This document shows positions 57,165 through 64,000 of a stretch of 64,000 bases of DNA, piece by piece. Position 1 is the stretch's first letter, and every line of letters begins with the position of its first letter. The stretch is from Amoebophrya sp. A120. Taxonomy: Eukaryota; Protista; Dinoflagellata. A program made the translations under genes and the position numbers. The stretch is taken from the NCBI GenBank assembly GCA_905178155.1, contig CAJINV010000012.1:2870353-2934352 (forward strand), in the 5' to 3' direction. The notes under the pieces are model-generated. The model saw only the letters and a list, made by a program, of their open reading frames with translations, did no database searches and had not been told where the DNA came from.

Positions 57165-59330
57165 CGGTACGCGCTGAGGCCTAGAATTATTCGTAGTAGC
57201 ATCGTGATTGGGGTCAGACCTTGCGCATGTGCCCGGGCGTGGTGCCCTCGTGGAACGGCTTTTTTCACACTGCGGGAATATAAGTATTTTATTGGCCTAC
57301 GCGCGCCATACCATGCGGGTTGGCCCTTCGGAGTCTTCTGGTTTTTGCTTTTGTCTTTTACTAACATCTTTCCGGAATCCCGGGATTTCCGGAATCCCGG
57401 GATTTCTCGTGAAACTGGTGAAAATGTGAAAAAGTTGCATTCTTTTGACTGCTAATCACGACGGTGTGCACTCTTTTTCACGAGTATTTTCACCGTGAAA
57501 AAAATCGTGAAAAAACCTACGGACTGCGTCGCGAAACGCGATGCTACGGGCCTTGTTTTCGGAATTGGTTTGTCCTGCTTTTCCGCGATATTTCGCGAAA
57601 GCCGCGCAGCCGAATCACGACGGCATGGCCCTTTTTTCACGATGTGTCTCGCCGTGACACAAATCGGATCAAACGCTGCGACTTTATGTCGAATCCCAAT
57701 GGTATAGCGCCTGCGCCCGGAATTGGTTTCCGTGGTTTTTCGCGACCGCCGCGCCTGGGAGTCGCGACGGTGCGGCCCCTGTTTCACGGCGCGCCCCCCC
57801 TTGCAACGCTTCGCGCCAGGCTTGTGGCTTGCATCGATCGCGCTAACCCGCACCACGGCGCATGTCGGCAGTCTTTCCGTTGCGCGCCCGGGCGCGTGTC
57901 TACTTTTTCCGTGGTGGCCCTTGCCGGCGCGGGCCAGGGTCCGCACGCTCTAACAGCACGGCTTCGACTGTTCGGCGCGCGCACTGCGTGCCCTGGCACA
58001 TGTGGGCGCCAGCGCTTGGGGGCAATATTTTTCCGCGCGCGTAGTACGTGCGCCGGCGCATGTGGGCAGTATTCCCCACCACAGTGTTGGGCTTTGCCTG
58101 TCGCGTGGAATGCCTCTCAGGTTCTTGCGTGTGCCTTCGCCTTTCGCTTGGGTTCTGGTTGGCTGTCAGTGCGCCGCCCTGGCGTATTGACAACCAACCA
58201 GAAAAGGTTGTCGCTCTGGCGTATTGACAACCAACGAACACAAAAGTCAAGCGGTCTCCCTAACCAACATGGACACCAGTGACAGCCCAACAGGGCCGCT
58301 GCCCCTAATTCTTGCAGAGGCCCCCCGCCCGCGCAGGCCGCCCCCGCCGATCACCTCGGCACGGACGCGCGGGCAGCATTTCCACGTCGGCGGCCGCAGG
58401 CAGCGTGTCCAACTCTGTGCCCGCCGTCCCGCGTCACCGTCGCCGTGTGTTCAGGCGTTATGCGCGGGCCTTTGCGTACGTCTGCGCGCCGTGCTCCAGC
58501 CGCGTATTTGCGGTTGTTTGACCCCGCGCAGAGGCCGCGGCGGCGCTACTGGTTGCGCCAGCCGCGTATTTGCGGTTGACCCCGCGCAGAGGCCTCGGCG
58601 GCGCTACTGGTTTACTTCAGCCGCACGGGGCCGACCCATGAATGTGCTGCCACTTGGGAGGGGCAGGGCAGGGCGCCAGCGCGAGCTCCCTGCCTGCGGC
58701 AGTGGGGGTGAATGCGGGGCGGGCCCCCGCGGCGTTTCCCCTGTTGCGGGCGCGGGGCGATGTACGCGACAGGAGCCCTTGCGAGTGGGAAAGGAAGTCG
58801 AGGGACCCCCTCGAGCGCCAGGAGTGAGGGGCGGGGGCCCCCTGCGGGCAGGAGAGAAAGGTGGGGGGGCCCCTTGGGCACCAGAGGTGGGTTCCAGGAG
58901 TCCGGGGCGGGGGCCCCCTGCGCGCGGGAGAGAAAGGCGGGGGGCCCCCTTGGGCAGCAAAGGTGGAGGCTGGGGGCCCCCTGCGGGCGGGAGAGACTTA
59001 CCGCGGAGAAGGACGGGGGCCCCCTTTGACCTCCGGCGGGCGACCCGGGAGAGGAGCGGGGGCCCCCTGCGGAGGCGGGATGCCCAGCGGGCGAGAGGGC
59101 GGGGGGCGGGGGCCCCCTGTTTCACCAGGAGGGCGGCCCGGGTGAGGAGCGGGGCCCCCCTGCGGAGGCGGCAGGCGGAAGGGCGGGGGCCCCCTGCGGA
59201 CGCGGGGTACGCAGCGGGTGAGAGGGCGGGAGGCGGGGGCCCCCTGCTTTCCCCGACGGTATGGCCGACGCAAAAATAGTAACCCTCATCGTAGCATCGT
59301 GATTAAAACTCTAGGCCTCAGCGCGTACCG
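57165..59330. mobile_element. 2.17-kb GC-rich non-autonomous TIR element
   Basis: Perfect 21-bp TIR CGGTACGCGCTGAGGCCTAGA (57165-57185 and 59310-59330); internal GGGGCCCCCT arrays; no credible ORF; TSD not identified. Confidence 0.7.
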
Positions 59331-60454
59331 GTCTCTCTTGTGTCGTGAAAAGTCCGGCTAATGACGTAGCCTCACGATCTTTACTATTTCGCCATGCATT
59401 CCATCGCACGGAAAAAAAATGGTGTTTTCCTTCTCCTTTTCCAGCTGTTCGTTGAGCGATTGAATTGAACGAGAAACGGGAATACAGCAGTGCTAATTTT
59501 TCTTTTTGTCAACAAGAATGCTCATTGAACAAAACTGCAAGAAACACAGTTCGACATCGATCTTCCCCGAGACCTGCGCCGTCGGAGCAATCATTCTTTT
59601 ATTTCTTCCGCTCGCGTAGTTGTAACGAATATATTGCAATAAAGTCATTCTACTTCCACCAGCGTACGAGCGCATTGTCATAGTGCTTCTATGTTCATCG
59701 GGAAACAACAAGTGACTTTTGTTCATCACAATCGAAACGCCCTCCAGCAAATCATCACACAGAGAGAAAACGAGAAGCAATAATTTCCGATTCACATTCA
59801 ATCATTTTTTCCGACATTGAAAAAACAAACAATACAGTAGGTTGAAAACAAACAAAGAAACGCCGTCCCTAGTACCCAGGTACATCTGGCGCCGGAGTGG
59901 TGCGCTTTACCTTTGTTCCTTGCCCTTTGAGAAGTGAATTTCCTAAAACTACACGTAGCACTTACCTCCTTCATGCTCCTCAAGAAGAGGACGAGGACCT
60001 GATCCCTTTTGATATTGCGAAGACATCTAAGTAAGTACATGTGAAAAAACAGACTTTCTACTTTTTCTACGTCGTATGATAGATAGACTGCAAAGGCATC
60101 AATCGCGGACGCTGAAGCCGCGCCGTGATGCGAAATACGGCACAGAAGAGAAAACTTCTATGGTTGTGGGTGATAACATAAATTCGGTAGAGTTCAGTAC
60201 AGCAGTAAAATTTTCAACCTATTTCACCTTGGGTAGTTCGACCCCGCCGTCCCTGGCACGAAGTCGAAACTACGGTGTAGATAACCAATCCAATTTAGTA
60301 CAACCATGCCTTTAATTTTACCGGCCTCCAATCAGTATCAGATTTCGATTTGTAAAAACGCAACCACGCATAACAATCAGCGGCGACAATTTGTAGTCTT
60401 GCTCCTAGTACTTACTTACTTCACCCGCTATCTATGGTCGCTTTTATTCCCCCG

Positions 60455-63400
60455 CTACTTGTAATACCGTGGCTCTTTCACCACCAGCATCTCCTCCGGT
60501 AGGATCGACCGCAGAAAGATCGTGACGTCCTTGTGCGCCGAGGTGACAAACCTCTATGCAAGAAAAAAACGTTGTTAGTATAAATCTGTGATGCGCAATG
60601 TGCCAATTGATTGCGCCTGTCATGCTGGGCCTGCATAGCGGGGCCCATTCAAGGGCGTTTTCCCGTACTATCCGCGCATGACAGGTTTTTGCTGTGATGC
60701 GAGAGATATTTGTCATGCTAATCCTCCAAGAAAGTTACACATACAATGTTTTTTTCTTGGATAACCTCCTCTCCGTGTTTAGTAACGCTACCATGGTGTT
60801 CAGAACGTCCTTTGCCTTGTCCGTGTGCAAGACGTTCTGATCCAGCAACGGTTTCCCCGCCTCCTCCGGGTCTTCAAGGGGTAATCCCGTGTAGGTGTCG
60901 ATTTTTTGCTGATAGGTGATCGCGTCAAGCAGGATACTGACGGCTAATTCCAGCTTCTTCTCAAAAATCTCCTTCACTTGCTCCGCGGTCTTCTTTTTGG
61001 GCTTGCGCTTAGGAGGCGGCGGGGGCTCCGGGTTTTCGTCGCGCTCTGGCAAGTCCTCGAAATGATCTTGGACAACGTCAGACCTTTTTGTTTTTGTTTT
61101 TGATTTTCAAAAAATGCATGATGAACATCAACATGAGGCGACCAGAATCAAATACAAATATCATGCGCGGACAAAACAGGAGCTATTTTTATTTGAGTAG
61201 GTGTAAAAACTCTGGTCAACATCATGTGTACTTTTCAAAAAATAAGTCCTCTCATCAAGAAGAACATACCGTTCCTTAAACCCCTTGGCTTCCTGACGTG
61301 CGATTTCCGCGGCTTCTATCAAGATGAAAAATCCCCCCACCCCATATCGAAAAGGAGATCTGTGATGCTGATCGGATTTGTCTTGCAGCGAAGGACTGCA
61401 GGCAGATATAAAGTCTGAGCATGGTGTTTTCGTGTAGGCGCCTAGCAAGGCAGGCGTGTCCTCTGTAGGCCATACAGCATTACAAATTGCCTGCAAAGTG
61501 CGGCGATGCGTCTGGATTTGGCTTCTTGCAATACAGAGACGATTTGTGGTCACTAATCAGCATCACAAATCTTCAGAAGTGCCCCTTTTTGGTATGGGGA
61601 GGGGAGATTTTTCCTCTCAATAGCTTCGTTGCTGACCCCCGACTGCGGTTTTTCGGGCAGCAGCGCCTCCAGGTTGAGGAGTCTGTCGTCGAAGAACAGC
61701 CGGCCAAACGCTTTCAGACAGGTCGTAAAGCAGCTCCGCGTGAACCCCTCCAACACCGTGCTGGTGGCGTTCTTCTGCAGTTTCGCCCACAAATCGTAGC
61801 AGGACCGGACGACTTTTCGGTCCACAAAGCCGCGCTATCAAATGCAAATATGTCTGGGTCTGGAAGGTTGGAACTTGTAATGCTGGTTGTCCATTATACC
61901 TCGGGAATCTGTATTGCATAGCCAACAAAAGTCGCAGCCTCTTTTGTACATGCAAAAACGCAGTTTCTCATGCGGATTGCCTATGAGAAAGCGTTCTGAA
62001 AAGTTGTCATGCTGTGTTGCATTCGGAACTGTTTATTCCATCATCCACATTTTAGCATCACAAGTCTTCAGACGTCCAGGGATATTTGCAACGCATACGC
62101 GCACTTTATAGACGACGGAGAAGTCGCGGAGGAGAATGACCGCGGAGCAGCCGTTATGCAATGCAAAAGAAGTATTTTTGCACTCGTACTTCTAATCGCA
62201 GTCATGCAAGACAAAAAATATTTTTCAAGCTCAAGCAGCATGACAAATTCCGTTTGTCATGCTGAGCTAATTTGTATTGCAAAAATATTACGAGTACGAT
62301 TTATACTTTTGCAATGCATAGCCGTTGTCGCAGTAGTCCACCACGTTGCTCTCCTCAACCTTGTGGCTCCAAAAGAAGCAGATCTCGCCCTCCTGGGCGT
62401 TCAGCGAGCCAAATGGGGTGTTATGGATGTGTCAGAGTTGAAATCGACAAAGTTGAATAAATAATCTGTCATGCATAAAATGGATGCCAGTTGGAACCCA
62501 GTTTCCAAGTGGCGCATGACAAATTTCGGTGGTCCCTAAATCCAGTTTGTCATGCTGTTTAGGCAAAGAAGGGCGATTTTCTCATGCTACTTTAGCAGCT
62601 CGAGCTGTAACCCCAAACAGGCTTACAATCGGCCTCACTTGCCTGCTCTGCAACACACGTGCCTCGGGTCATGCATTCTATGCATCACAAATTATTTCAC
62701 CTTTGACGATTTCAAACCTGACGCACCCATAGGTGTTCATCACATCGTAGATCGGCACGTCCTCGATTTTCGTCCGGGTCGCCTCGTTATCAACTGCAAA
62801 TATGTCTGGGTCTGGAAGAGTGCGCGTTTGTCATGCTTGTCTGGCATGACTCTTAAATCTGTCATGCACGTTACTCAAGAGCCCCATTGTTCTGTCATGC
62901 AGAAACGCAGTTTGTCATGCAGAATAGGCAACACCTACAAGCTCAGGAACTTGTCATGCTGAGCCAGCACTTGTGGCCTCCTCATGATACGCCCCCCAGC
63001 ATCACAAGTTTCCAGACCCAGACATGTTTGCATTTGATACTCGTCGGCGTCATTGGTGACCGCGTCGGTCTTGTAGTGCGAAAGCACTTGCTATTAAGAG
63101 GAAAAATCCCCCCTCCCCATATCGAAAAGATACGCTTCCGAAAATTTGCGTTGCTGATTTGAGACCACAAATCACGCCTGTCTTGCAAGAAGGCAACTCC
63201 ACAAGCTCCGCAGCATTGCGCAGGCGGTTTGTGATGCTGATAGGCCTACAGCACGGACGTTCCTCATGCTAGACGCCTAGGCCAAAACCTCTCTACTTAG
63301 GCTTAGTATGGGCATGCATTTCTCTCCAGCAAGACAGATCTGATTTGTGTACGCAAATCCTGCATCAGAAACTTCGTTTTGATATGGGGAGGGGGGATTT

Positions 63401-63760
63401 TTCCTTTTGATACTTGCGTTGTGTCCACAAAGGGGTCGAGGGCTGCAGTAGATGAAGATCATGATGGGTTTTTGGATTTGTAATTCACGGATGCACTACT
63501 CCTTGAATATGAATTTGAGCCATCCAACAACGAAAACATAGCACGCTTAGAGTGTTCTTACACTGAACTCTGAGGCTATCCTGTTCACCCAAAAGCATTA
63601 GCATTACAACACAGCAGTGCTATACCAGCCAGCCGATCTATGGTTGCTTTCGCGAGGACGTTTTGTTCGTAGTTTGGCAGGTACTTTGCCAGCATCAAGT
63701 GCAGCCCATCCGCCAGCTGCACCGTGTTCTCATCGAATGATATCCGACAGAAAAAAAGTG
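60455..63760 (-). CDS. Hypothetical multi-exon protein; start uncertain
   Basis: Continuous frame DPFVDTTQVLSHYKTDAV..YDVMNTPFG..DRKVVRSCYDLWAKL..EPRYYK* after removing 7 introners and GT-AG introns. Confidence 0.65.
60555..60763. mobile_element. Introner family G, 209 bp
   Basis: DR ACCTC; GT-AG register possible. Confidence 0.88.
61317..61622. mobile_element. Introner family I (TIR TAT..AGA.GAAAAATCCCCC), 306 bp
   Basis: DR GCTTC. Confidence 0.9.
61836..62097. mobile_element. Introner family A, 262 bp
   Basis: DR CGCGC. Confidence 0.9.
62155..62320. mobile_element. Introner family C, 166 bp
   Basis: DR GCCGT. Confidence 0.9.
62422..62731. mobile_element. Introner family F, 310 bp
   Basis: DR GGTGT. 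Confidence 0.9.
62788..63039. mobile_element. Introner family A, 252 bp
   Basis: DR CTCGT. Confidence 0.9.
63092..63412. mobile_element. Introner family I, 321 bp
   Basis: DR CTTGC. Confidence 0.9.
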
Positions 63761-63929
63761 TATTACAGTGACTTACATAATTTGCGGCCGTGATTTCAGC
63801 AACACAAGATTGCACTGCATGTTGGCAGAAGAAAATTTGCAATGCAGCGATCTTAATATATATAGACCCGGGAAAGGTAGAAATTGCCCGAAAGTACTGA
63901 AATCGTGAAGCACTTTATCACTCCCCGCG

Positions 63930-64000
63930 TACCCTTACCCGAAACCACTCCAGCGATACCCTTACCCGAAACCACTCCAGGGTTTCCCGGTTTCCCGGCT
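63930..64000. repeat. Short tandem repeats at the window edge
   Basis: TACCCTTACCCGAAACCACTCCAG twice, then GGTTTCCC twice. Confidence 0.6.

Noticed and set aside
58224-59279. 351-aa and other long ORFs in the GC-rich islands (also 2050-3821)
   Set aside because: Arg/Gly/Pro/Ala-rich ORFs overlapping in all frames reflect stop-codon scarcity; no transposase motifs are visible.
63930-64000. Telomere
   Set aside because: Only two copies of each unit, and not a TTTAGGG-type array; truncated by the window edge.

Overview
Gene-dense eukaryotic (protist) DNA with about 15 protein-coding genes, all on the minus strand. Recognisable products are UFD2/UBE4 U-box ligase, DBP2/DDX5 helicase, a Kir potassium channel fused to a CLIC/DHAR-like GST domain, a Qc-SNARE, a HAD hydrolase, an LRR protein, an M23 peptidase and a Tim17/22-like protein. 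The main feature is 51 short (131-349 bp) MITE-like insertions from about 10 sequence families, totalling about 12 kb (19% of the window). All of them lie inside coding exons. Almost all begin TAT and end ATA, carry terminal inverted repeats (TIRs) and are flanked by 5-bp direct repeats (DRs). Removing an element plus one DR copy restores the reading frame, yet only about 8 of 51 can be read as GT/GC-AG introns, and the same families occur in both orientations. This matches the introner elements / non-canonical introns reported in the syndinian dinoflagellate Amoebophrya; the organism is inferred, not shown. Beyond that description, I see a dyad motif (TGTSATGC-N7/8-GCATSACA) shared by unrelated families and, as half-sites, by canonical GT-AG introns; lengths quantised at about 150/210/260/305 bp; exclusive exon targeting; and tolerance of damaged TIRs. 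No transposase is encoded in this window. Coordinates were read by eye and may be off by a few bases, and splicing is inferred from frame restoration rather than RNA data.
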